NCBI RefSeq assembly: GCF_963921235.1
Contig: NC_086108.1
Location: 50,594,001-50,658,000 of the forward strand
From: Mobula hypostoma
Taxonomy: Eukaryota
Length of the DNA stretch: 64,000 nt
Direction: 5' to 3'
Shown here: positions 37,201-47,379 of the stretch, one piece after another
How the letters are laid out: every line of letters starts with the position of its first letter
Position numbering within the stretch: position 1 is the first letter of the stretch
Translations under genes and position numbers: made by a program
The notes under the pieces: model-generated
Told to the model about the DNA's origin: nothing
What the model saw: the letters and a program-made list of their open reading frames with translations, nothing else
The model's database searches: none

Positions 37201-40200
37201 CTGTCAAAATAGCCCCCCCCCAACTCAGAATATTATATCCTACAATAAAATCACCTCTCCTTTTTTTTCAATAATTGTAGGCCAAACTGGTTCAACCTTT
37301 CTCCTTGTCTATGCACTGCTTTGAATGTAAACACACCCAACCAAAACTGTACATAGTATTCTTGGTACAGTCATGCCAGTGTCCGGCAAAATTTCTTCAA
37401 ATCCTCAACACTTCCTTACTTTTCTCTCCATTTCCCTTGCAAATGTCAACATTCTATTGGTATTCCAAGTTACCTGTTGCATTTTCACACTGCCTTTTTA
37501 TATGCTATGTAGCAGACCTTCAGATCATTTATACCACAACATTATGTAGCCTTAGACTCTTTAAATAATAATTAGATTCTTTATTCTTTCCGCTAATATG
37601 GATACCCTCATATTTTACTTCATTTGTTATTACTTGCCCATTCATATGATATATCTTCTATCCCTTTAGAGGCTTTGTTTTCTCATAATTTGATGCACAA
37701 ACCTTGCATCATCAACAAAGTCAACTACTACTCAGTCTCCTCATGCCTTTAACGTATGTTGTAAATAGCCCAGGTCCCAGTACTGATCTCTGTAGCATTC
37801 GACTGGTACTGACTATCATTCCAAAAATGACCAATTTATCCCAGTTTTGTTTTCTGTCACTTAGCTGCCCCTCATTCATGACAATACATTACTCCTATTT
37901 TGTGTGGTAGCCTTCTATGTGGCATCTTACTGAATGCCTTCTCAAATCCAAAAACATGACATTAATGGCTTTCCTTTTTGCTACATCCACAAAGAGCTCT
38001 AGTAGATTCTCCTTCCATGAACTATCTTGACTCTGCTTCCTTGTCTTCCTGACATAGTAATGGTTTACATTTTTCTATTATACAGGTTGACCTAAGTAAT
38101 ATATATGGAGAAACCTTGGACCGACAACACCAATTGAGACTATTTACAGATGGGAAACTCAAGTATCAGGTAGGCTTTAACCAGACCGTGTTATTATATA
38201 TTGCTATGGCATAATCATACCTGCATGTTCAGTGTCAAATTACTATTTTGGCATTTGGTCTCAGGGAATTTTGGATACAGCCTAATAGAAATCTAAACTT
38301 ATCTGCAATTTCTCTTACAGATTGTAAATGGAGAAGTCTATCCTCCCACAGTTAAAGAAGCACCAGTAAAGATGATATATCCTCCTCATGTCCCAGAGCA
38401 CTTGCAGTTCGCAGTGGGACAGGAATTCTTTGGCCTGGTCCCAGGTTTGATGATGTATGCAACAATTTGGCTGCGGGAACATAACCGAGTCTGTGATGTG
38501 TTGAAAGTAGAGCACCCGGAGTGGGATGATGAGCAGCTTTTCCAGACTACCAGATTGATACTGATAGGTGAGTGGATCCATCATAGCCAACTCTCCTTCA
38601 AGCAAGCTTTGAACTTTGGAATACATGCACACCAAGATCATCAGGAGAAAATGCTAGAATACCACAGAGGGGAAAGTTATTTCACTTCTGGAGTTTCATT
38701 TGAATAAAATAGTTCCTTATTTTTTAAAAAAGCTGTTTTTTTAAAAATAAATAGTGAAACTATCTTATTGGCTCTAACAGGAGAGACAATCAAAATCGTA
38801 ATTGAGGATTATGTGCAGCATCTGAGTGGTTATCACTTCAAATTGAAATTTGATCCAGAGTTGCTCTTCAACCAGCAATTCCAGTATAGTAACCGGATTG
38901 CATCAGAGTTCAACACTCTCTATCACTGGCACCCTTTGATGCCTGATACCTTCAATATTGAGGACAAAGAGTACGCCTACCATGAATTCCTCTTCAATAA
39001 CTCAGTGCTGCTGAAGCATGGTGTCTCCAACATGGTGGCTTCATTCACCAAGCAAATTGCTGGTAGGGTAAGTATCAGCTTATTTTCTGTTTGGTTCATA
39101 ACGATTCAATAAACAGTAAGTAGTTTATTTGTAATGCTACAGGTATGAAATGGACATGTCAGTAAAATTTAATGCTTAGTAGATTAAACATATGTAATTC
39201 TCCATATCAGTTCTTATAGAAACATTACTAAATGTTATTTTGTTAGAAAGGAATGATATTGAAGATCAGTTAGAATAAAAACTTACACCATTAAGCAGAA
39301 AAATTACTGGATTCATGACTTGGGAAACTTTAAAATTAATGATCCAGGTCTTTCTACAGGTTGCTGGAGGCAGAAATCTGAATGGAGCATTATTAAAAGT
39401 GGCAATCTCTACCATCGAGCATACTCGACAGATGCGATACAAGTCCCTGAATGAGTATCGAAAGCGATTTTCGTTGAAGCCCTATGAGTCTTTTGAAGAG
39501 CTCACAGGTGAGTTCTTGAAATAGTCCCCTTAAACATTTCGCCTTTTCCCCTTAGCCCATGACCTTTAGTTCTAGTCTCATCCAACCTTGGTGGCTAAAG
39601 CCTGCTTGCATTTGCCCTATTGATACCCCTCATAATTTTGTATATTCCTATCAAATCTTTACGCTCAGAGAATAAAGTCCTAATCTATGCAACCTTTTCC
39701 TATAAACTTGGGTCCTCATGTCCTAGCAACATCCTTGTAAATTTTCTCTTGTTACGTGGTTATTTGTATTGTTAAAAAGTATATCAACATTTTTTTACAT
39801 AATGTGTCAAAAAGACTGTTTATACTTGAATAGTAGTTGGTGTAACTCATTACAATATCTGTTTTATATTACAGGTGAAACAGAAATGGCATCTGAGCTG
39901 CAGGAGCTTTATGGGGATATTGATGCAATGGAAATGTATCCTGCTTTAATGATAGAGAAGCCAAGGCCTGGGGCCATATTTGGAGAAACTATGGTTGAGA
40001 TGGGGGCTCCCTTCTCGTTGAAGGGCTTAATGGGAAATCTGATTTGCTCTCCAGAATATTGGAAACCTAGCACCTTTGGTGGCAAAGTTGGCTTTGACAT
40101 TATAAACACTGCATCACTGAGCAAGTTGGTCTGCAACAATCTAAAAGGGCCATGCCCAGTGGTATCATTCAGTGTTCCTCAGTCTGACTCCAGCAATGCA

Positions 40201-40278
40201 GGCTCAAACAACTCCAAGTCGCCCAGTCACGATGTTAATCCGCGTGCTCTCTTGAAAGAGCAGACAACAGAACTTTAA
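34147..40278 (+). CDS. ptgs2: Prostaglandin G/H synthase 2 (cyclooxygenase-2), 10 coding exons, 614 aa; join(34147..34234,34534..34650,34770..34913,35257..35400,36597..36778,38086..38169,38321..38567,38781..39067,39360..39507,39875..40278)
   Basis: Manually spliced open frame with GT-AG introns. Internal exons of 117/144/144/182/84/247/287/148 nt match mammalian PTGS2. Contains the EGF domain [13 protein letters not shown]120 (SRSH), H207 (QHFTHQFF), Y355, Y385/H388 (LYHWH) and S530 (GAPFSLKG) in ovine COX-1 numbering. COX-2-type V434, R513 and V523 are present, plus a C-terminal insert with an NNS sequon and a TTEL terminus. Confidence 0.97.
34534..34650 (+). CDS. ptgs2: ptgs2 exon 2 (EGF-like domain)
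   Basis: cag|CCAACCCTTGCTGT...ACCACGC|gtaagt; [39 protein letters not shown]; 117 nt. Confidence 0.97.
34770..34913 (+). CDS. ptgs2: ptgs2 exon 3 (membrane-binding domain)
   Basis: [24 protein letters not shown]...IMRYVLI; 144 nt; AG/GT borders. Confidence 0.97.
35257..35400 (+). CDS. ptgs2: ptgs2 exon 4
   Basis: [48 protein letters not shown]; 144 nt. Confidence 0.97.
36090..36373 (-). mobile_element. V-SINE/HE1-like tRNA SINE in ptgs2 intron 4
   Basis: V-core GGAGGAAGACAGAGCACCCGGGGAAACCCCACA, tRNA-like head ending GCTACTATGGTGCCC, (TAAA)n tail. Confidence 0.75.
36597..36778 (+). CDS. ptgs2: ptgs2 exon 5
   Basis: GKKTLPD...[16 protein letters not shown]...GLGHG; 182 nt. Confidence 0.97.
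36960..38040 (-). mobile_element. Highly decayed CR1 remnant in ptgs2 intron 5
   Basis: Matches CR1 RT nucleotide motifs such as GGTCCCAGTACTGATC and AATGCCTTCTCAAATCCAAA. Confidence 0.55.
38086..38169 (+). CDS. ptgs2: ptgs2 exon 6
   Basis: [28 protein letters not shown]; 84 nt; tacag|GTT...CAG|gtaggc. Not shown in the ORF track. Confidence 0.96.
38321..38567 (+). CDS. ptgs2: ptgs2 exon 7
   Basis: IVNGEVYPP...[22 protein letters not shown]...RLILI; 247 nt. Confidence 0.97.
38781..39067 (+). CDS. ptgs2: ptgs2 exon 8 (catalytic Tyr385, proximal heme His388)
   Basis: [18 protein letters not shown]...[14 protein letters not shown]...QIAGR; 287 nt; Tyr codon at 38921-38923. Confidence 0.97.
39360..39507 (+). 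CDS. ptgs2: ptgs2 exon 9
   Basis: VAGGRN...SLNEYRKRF...FEELT; 148 nt. Confidence 0.97.
39523..39750 (-). mobile_element. CR1 3' fragment in ptgs2 intron 9
   Basis: Aligns by eye to the CR1 sequence at about 1630-1860. Confidence 0.75.
39875..40278 (+). CDS. ptgs2: ptgs2 exon 10 coding part (aspirin-target Ser530, C-terminal insert, TTEL)
   Basis: GETEMASEL...[28 protein letters not shown]...EQTTEL*; stop TAA at 40276-40278. Confidence 0.97.
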
Positions 40279-41008
40279 GTTTGTTTTTATTCAATAACTG
40301 TGCTGTCAAATGTCACCAGCGTTATGACAAAGGTGCTACAATTGGTCACAGCAGAAAAGTTATGATTCAGGGTTTATGTTCTTGCTTTGACTTCCTCCTG
40401 CTGGATTACTTGTGACGATAGGGATCAGGTTTGAGTGTGATGTCCCTATCTGCTGAACAAGGGTTCCATTAACACATAGTGATAAGATTCTCATGAGAAT
40501 AATGTACACTGATGTGACTTACTGGGAGGAAATCAGCACACCTAAAAGAAGGTAATTCATCCAGGTGGAGGAAAACATTGGCAGGAGAATTCAGAAAAAA
40601 GTCGATTCAGAGCCCCATATTTAATATTGACACAATGTCCAAACACAAACTGAAAAGACTTCTTTAGACTGTTCTTATTGTGGTCTCTGGAATCTTGAGC
40701 TTGAGTCTGAGCACAATGTGAATATGATTAAGACACCCTTCTTGCCTCTGCTGCTAAAACTCTGGCTACGTGTTATTTGATTGCCTCATTCTGCAAATAT
40801 GAATGTAATTTCTATCCCTGGACCAGATCAGATATCAGAACTGTTCTGGTGCTAATCTCTGTTTGTGAGATAGACTTGTCATTTTGTTGACTTCAGTTTA
40901 AATACACCACTGCAGCAACTTCAGGGCATCTTAATATTGCTACAGCAGTAACTGAGCAGCAGTTATCATACTAATGAATATACCTGCGACTCTTAGTGAA
41001 TGTACATA

Positions 41009-41531
41009 CAGCACTGTACAAAAGTCTTAGGCTCATATATATGGTTAGACTTTTGCACAGCACTGTAATTTGTCAATGTGGAGCAGAGAGCAAGTTTGTA
41101 AATCTGCTGGGAACAAAGGATCGTGAGGGTGGAGCTCTGTGGGAGGGGTGTGGATCAGGTGACAGAGGAGTGTCAGGGGTGGGGGGTGGTGTGGGTGCAG
41201 ACACACCCAGCACTGAGTCACCAGACAAGTCATTTGATTCCAAACAGTTGATTTATTGATCATCACAAAATGTCTCTCTGGTGCTTCCCGCTCCCTGCCG
41301 CTCTCCTTTCCCCTTTTCCCAACCATAATTCCTCTCTCCCTGCCCCCTTCCCACTCTTAGTCCACAATAGAGACCCATATGAGAATCAGGTTTATCGTCA
41401 GTTACATATGGCATGAAGTTTGTATTTTTTTGCAGCACAGTACAATACATAAAATTAGTACAGTACTTTGCAAAAGTCTCAATCATCCTAGCCGTATATA
41501 TATATGTGCCTGAGACTTTTGTGCAGTACTG
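41009..41531. mobile_element. Tc1-type MITE in the presumed ptgs2 3' UTR
   Basis: TA + CAGCACTGTACAAAAGTCTTAGGC ... GCCTGAGACTTTTGTGCAGTACTG + CA. Same TIR family as 543-566. Confidence 0.8.
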
Positions 41532-41697
41532 CATGTGGTTACCTAATGAGGATAGAATAGACTTTTCTCGTATCAGTCTTTCCACGGCCATATGGCTGAT
41601 GAAACATAAATGCCTTTGGAAGGGCACTTTAGTATGACTGAACCTTAGCATTAAACTGGAGGTGTAAATGCCAATTGACTTCACAGGGCTTTAAAAG

Positions 41698-41728
41698 TTA
41701 TTTATTATTTAATATTTTATTTATTTAT
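41698..41728 (+). promoter_or_regulatory. AU-rich element cluster in the presumed ptgs2 3' UTR
   Basis: TTATTTATTATTTAATATTTTATTTATTTAT: four ATTTA pentamers, two of them overlapping. AREs are a known feature of COX-2 mRNAs. Confidence 0.6.
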
Positions 41729-42269
41729 GGAAAGCAAATGTAGTTTTTGTAAAACTGTATATTTTTGAGACGATGGAACAAAAATCTAGAATTTCTCTTT
41801 TTGCATTCCAAAATTTATATGTTAATTTTGAAATAGACAGGAATTTGGCAGATGAGAGGGAAAAACAAAATTTACATCTAAAATAGTTATGGATCTCTTA
41901 TTTTGTAAAGAATTGATTGGACCTTTTGTACTTCATCACTTTTTATATTGCATGTATGGGTTATGATTGTTGAACAATGTGTATAATTTAATAATTCATG
42001 AAATAGGTAATTTTTTAAAATAATATTATAGCTGCTGTGCAGCAATTTTGTAATCAGCAAACATACCCTGTCAACAGAATCCTCCTTTATGTACCAACAA
42101 AACAAAGTGGGTTACAAATTAAACCAAAAGTAATAAGATACAAAATTGTTCAGACCTTACAATGTGAGAATTATGCTCTGTCCATCTCTGCCAACTGACT
42201 TGATGTAATCTGCTGTAATTGAACATTATATTTCAGAACAACCTTGAATCTTTACAAAATGTTCTTCCC

Positions 42270-42320
42270 ATTAAACAAATACTGTTGACGGATTGCACTT
42301 TATTTGTGTTTTCTTTTATT
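42270..42320 (+). terminator. Candidate ptgs2 polyadenylation signal
   Basis: ATTAAA at 42270-42275 followed about 25 nt later by U/GU-rich TTTATTTGTGTTTTCTTTTATT. I saw no AATAAA between the stop codon and this site. Confidence 0.45.
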
Positions 42321-42344
42321 TCAAAAAGATCAAGTTAGATAGTA

Positions 42345-42595
42345 ATTAATTTAATTTAGAGATACATTATGGTAACAGGCTCTTCTGGCCCGAGTCTGTG
42401 CTACCCAGTTACATTTATGTGACCAATTAAGCTACTAACCCAGACATATTTGGAATGTGGGAGGAAACCGGAGCACCCAGAGGAAACCCGCGTGGTCATG
42501 GGGAGAATGTACAATTCCTTACTGACAGCAACAGCTTTGAACCCTGGTCACTGGAGCTGTAATAGTTTCGCTAACCACAACTCTATGTGCCACCC
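42345..42595 (-). mobile_element. V-SINE/HE1-like tRNA SINE
   Basis: V-core TGTGGGAGGAAACCGGAGCACCCAGAGGAAACCC, CR1-like tail. Confidence 0.78.
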
Positions 42596-43090
42596 TGAAA
42601 ATGATGAAAAAATTATGAGCAAAATAGTTTCTGCCTCAGTGTCTTTTATATGGAGTTCAAGGTTACTTAGCTCTCTATTGGGATTTATTTGTCTTTGCTC
42701 TGGGACAGAGAAAAAGCAGACTGTTTTTCACTACAGAATGACACCAGCCAAGAAGAGCAGAGAGCATAGAAACATTAACTCTCAGACCGAAAGCATCAAC
42801 TTCCATAGTTCCACAGCTCCACAGAAATGAAGCTAGCTAATGTGGATTATCTGTGAAAAATGGGAGATAAACAAAAACCCAGGAATCAAAGAACAGCTAG
42901 CTTTAAACTGATGAAAGGAAAGATAACAACATCTAAACTAAATACCCACAGAACATCTGGAAAAACATTCACAAACAAGACTAAATCAGCTTCATAAACC
43001 AGTAAGTTTCTTTTAGGAGATAATATTGGAACAAATGTTAATGAACATAGAGAAGACACCCAGTATCTTTTTCCGCAGGGTTGGAAAGTT

Positions 43091-45290
43091 TAGAAACGTA
43101 GAAAATAGGTGCAGGAGTAGGCCATTCGGCCCTTCGAGCCTGCACCGCCATTTATTATGATCATGGCTGATCATCCAACTCAGAACCCCGCCCCAGCCTT
43201 CCCTCCATACCCCCTGACCCCTGTAGCCACAAGGGCCATATCTAACTCCCTCTTAAACATAGCCAATGAACTGGCCTCAACAGTTTCCTGTGGCAGAGAA
43301 TTCCACAGATTCACCACTCTCTGTGTGAAGAAGTTTTTCCTAATCTCGGTCCTAAAAGGCTTCCCGTCTATCCTCAAACTGTGACCCCTCGTTCTGGACT
43401 TCCCCAACATCGGGAACAATCTTCCTGCATCCAGCCTGCCCAATCCCTTTAGGATCTTATACGTTTCAATCAGATCCCCCCTCAATCTTCTAAATTCCAA
43501 CGAGTACAAGCCCAGTTCATCCAGTCTTTCTTCATATGAAAGTCCTGCCATCCCAGGAATCAATCTGGTGAACCTTCTTTGTACTCCCTCTATGGCAAAG
43601 ATGTCTTTCCTCAGATTAGGGGACCAAAACTGCACACAATACTCCAGCTGTGGTCTCACCAAGGCCTTGTACAACTGCAGTAGTACCTCCCTGCTCCTGT
43701 ACTCGAATCCTCTCGCTATAAATGCCAGCATACCATTTGCCTTTTTCACCGCCTGCTGTACCTGCATGCCCACTTTCAATGACTGGTGTATAATGACACC
43801 CAGGTCTCGTTGCACCTCCCCTTTTCCTAATCGGCCACCATTCAGATAATAATCTGTTTTCCTATTTTTGCCACCAAAGTGGATAACTTCTCATTTATCC
43901 ACATTAAATTGCATCTGCCATGAGTTTGCCCACTCACCCAACCTATCCAAGTCACCCTGCATCCTCTTAGCATCCTCCTCACTGCTAACACTGCCACCCA
44001 GCTTCGTGTCATCCGCAAACTTGGAGATGCTGCATTTAATTCCCTCATCCAAGTCATTAATATATATTGTAAACAACTGGGGTCCCAGCACTGAGCCTTG
44101 CGGTACCCCACTAGTCACCGCCTGCCATTCTGAAAAGGTCCCGTTTATTCCCACTCTTTGCTTCCTGTCTGCTAACCAATTCTCCACCCACACCAATACC
44201 TTACCCCCAATACCGTGTGCTTTAAGTTTGCACACTAATCTCCTGTGTGGGACCTTGTCAAAAGCCTTTTGAAAATCCAAATATACCACATCCACTGGTT
44301 CTCCCCTATCCACTCTACTAGTTACATCCTCAAAAAATTCTATGAGATTCGTCAGACATGATTTTCCTTTCACAAATCCATGCTGACTTTGTCTGATCAT
44401 TTCACCGCTTTCCAAATGTGCTGTTATCACATCCTTGATAACTGACTCCAGCAGTTTCCCCACCACCGACGTTAGGCTAACCGGTCTATAATTCCCTGGT
44501 TTCTCTCTCCCTCCTTTTTTAAAAAGTGGGGTTACATTAGCCACCCTCCAATCCTCAGGAACTAGTCCAGAATCTAACGAGTTTTGAAAAATTATCACTA
44601 ATGCATCCACTATTTCTTGGGCTACTTCCTTAAGCACTCTAGGAGGCAGACCATCTGGCCCTGGGGATTTATCTGCCTTCAATCCCTTCAATTTACCTAA
44701 CACCACTTCCCTACTAACATGTATTTCACTCAGTTCCTCCATCTCACTGGACCCTCTGTCCCTTACTATTTCTGGAAGATTATTTATGTCCTCCTTAGTG
44801 AAGACAGAACCAAAGTAATTATTCAATTGGTCTGCCATGTCCTTGCTCCCCATAATCAATTCACCTGTTTCTGTCTGCAGGGGACCTACATTTGTCTTTA
44901 CCAGTCTTTTCCTTTTTACATATCTATAAAAGCTTTTACAGTCCGTTTTTATGTTCCCCGCCAGTTTTCTCTCATAATCTTTTTTCCCCTTCCTAATTAA
45001 GCCCTTTGTCCTCCTCTGCTGAACTCTGAATTTCTCCCAGTCCTCAGGTGAGCCACTTTCTCTGGCTAATTTGTATGCTACTTCTTTGGAATTGATACTA
45101 TCCCTAATTTCTCTTGTCAGCCACGGGTGCACTACCTTCCTTGATTTATTCTTTTGCCAAACTGGGATGAACAATTGTTGTAGTTCATCCATGCAACCTT
45201 TAAATGCTTGCCATTGCATATCCACCATCAATCCTTTAAGTGTCATTTGCCAGTCTATCTAGCTAATTCACGTCTCATACCTTCAAAGTT
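43091..45290 (-). mobile_element. Young 5'-truncated CR1 LINE, copy C
   Basis: ORFs 43891-45246 and 43180-43815 are split by a single TGT>TGA stop; near-identical to copies A and B. Confidence 0.96.
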
Positions 45291-45309
45291 TAATACTACA
45301 TACATAAAT

Positions 45310-46090
45310 ATTTATTGGCAGGTGGAGTTTAGTCCAGGCAAGTACAGTGTGTAATGTTGCACTTTGGGATATAAAATGTAAAAGAAAAATGCACAGTTAA
45401 TGGCAGGACCCTTAATGGTGTAGAGGGATCTTGGGGTTCCAAGTGCACAACTCCCTGAAAATAGCTGCACATTGTCAAGTTGGCAAGAAAATCTTATGGT
45501 AGGCATGCTTTCATTGGTTGAGGCCCTGAGTTCAAAGGTCAGCAAGCTTTCTACAACTCTGCATCTGGAGTACCGCATTCAGTTCTCAATCCAGGAACGG
45601 TTTGGAGAGTGTGCAGAAAAAATTTACCAGGATTTTACCTGGATGAGAGAACATGTGGTATAAGGATAGATTGGATAAACTTCGGTTGTTTTCCCTGGAA
45701 CGGCAGAGGCTGAAGGGAGACTGATGAAAGTTTATAAAGTTATGAGAAGCATAGATAAGAGTACAGTAGACAGCCAGGGGTAAAATGCCTTTTAATAGAG
45801 GATTCTCAGTGCATTTAAGGTAAGAAGGGGAGAATTCAAACAAGAAGTGCAGAGCAAATTTTTTATAGCGAGAGTGCTGGGTGTACAGAATGCACTGCCA
45901 GGAGTGATGATGGATGCAGAAATAGTGGAGGCATTTATGTGGCCCTTAGATGGAGACATTAATATGCAGAGAATAGTGGGATGTGGGCAGAAGGAATCAG
46001 TTTAATTAGGTGAGCATAACACTGTGGGCCGAAGGGCCTGTTCCGGCATCTGCAGAATCTTGTGTCTAGGGTCTGCTCCTGTGCTGTGCG
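45310..46090 (+). mobile_element. Old CR1 3' fragment
   Basis: HLEYRIQF remnant and CR1 3' UTR motif GGGCCGAAGGGCCTGTT. Confidence 0.7.
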
Positions 46091-46844
46091 AGTCTCCGAT
46101 ATATACTCTTACATGATTTTAGTTAACATAGAAAAGACCTCACGGTGTTTTGCAGAAGCACTATCATTTAGCACTGCTAGTAATTCAGAGAAGGAATTAT
46201 GTTGAAGAAAGATTATTATCATAGTGAGGTAAGTAGGTTTTAGTGGGGATGCTGGAGGTGGGGTGTGGTAGGGTGGCAGAGGGACTTCAAGAAGCTAGAC
46301 CTCTGGTGATGCAAACATAGAAGTTTGTATGTTTGGGAGGTATTATAAAATGAGGGGGAGGGAGAAGGCTTAATATTAGATAAACTATATGTAGATGGAG
46401 AGAGAAAGGAGATGCCTCTGATGTCTGTTTAGAAACTGACTCTATGTATTCAAGATGGTGTTGCCAAAGGACGGTCCATAGATCAGAAAAAGTGTAGTGA
46501 CTATGCTCATATCCCTGGCAGGCTCAGAGATAACAGAGTGGAGTGAAGGAAGAGTAACTTCATCTATAATTGGTTAGTTAAAGTAGAACAGTTAAAGTGC
46601 ATTAATTTCTAGGATATGGATGTTGCTGGAAATGCTAAGGGTTATTGTCCATTCTCAATTGACACTGAACTGAGGAGGTTGTTCAGAACCACTGATGGGA
46701 CTGGAATCACATTTAGAAGGCAGAACCTGACACATTGAAGTCCTTTCTCAAAGAACAACTTAAACTGTGTGCTTGGAGCACTGTATAAACTTTTGACCTC
46801 CTTACTCAAGGAAGTAAATATTTTATTAGCAATGAATCAAAGTG

Positions 46845-47330
46845 AACATACAACATAACAGCACAGAACCTGGTCTTGTACTGCATTTTTAACCTACTGT
46901 AAGATCAATTTAACCCTTCACTCCCTTCATGTTTGTATCATCAATGTGCCTTTCTAAGAGTCTATTAAATGACCTTAATATATCTGCTTCTAGCACCAAC
47001 CCTGGCAGCATGTTCCATACATCCACCAACCTCTGTACAAAATACTTATCTTCCACATCCTGCTCCTACTGTCCTCCATACACCTTAAAACTAAGCTCCC
47101 TGGCACTGGCCATTTCTGCCCTGGGAAAAAGTCTCTGGCTGTCCACTTGATCTATACCACTTATCATTTAGTACACTTCTATCAAGCCACATCTCACCCT
47201 TTTTGCTCCAAAGAGAACCTATCCTCATAAGACATGCTCTCCAATCTGGGCGGCATCCTGATAAATCTCTTCTGTACCCTCAGTGAAGTTTCCACATCCT
47301 TCCTATTAAGAGGCAACCAGAACTGAATTT
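46845..47330 (-). mobile_element. Old CR1 3' fragment
   Basis: QFWLP..RKDV...RVQKRFIRM..RLESMSYEDR. Confidence 0.7.
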
Positions 47331-47379
47331 TCAGTTGATAGATTTCAGAGATAAGAGGGTTATTGTATGAATCGATATT

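Noticed and set aside
34147..40278. Calling the gene ptgs1
   Set aside because: The 10-exon compact structure, V434/R513/V523 and the C-terminal glycosylated insert all indicate ptgs2.
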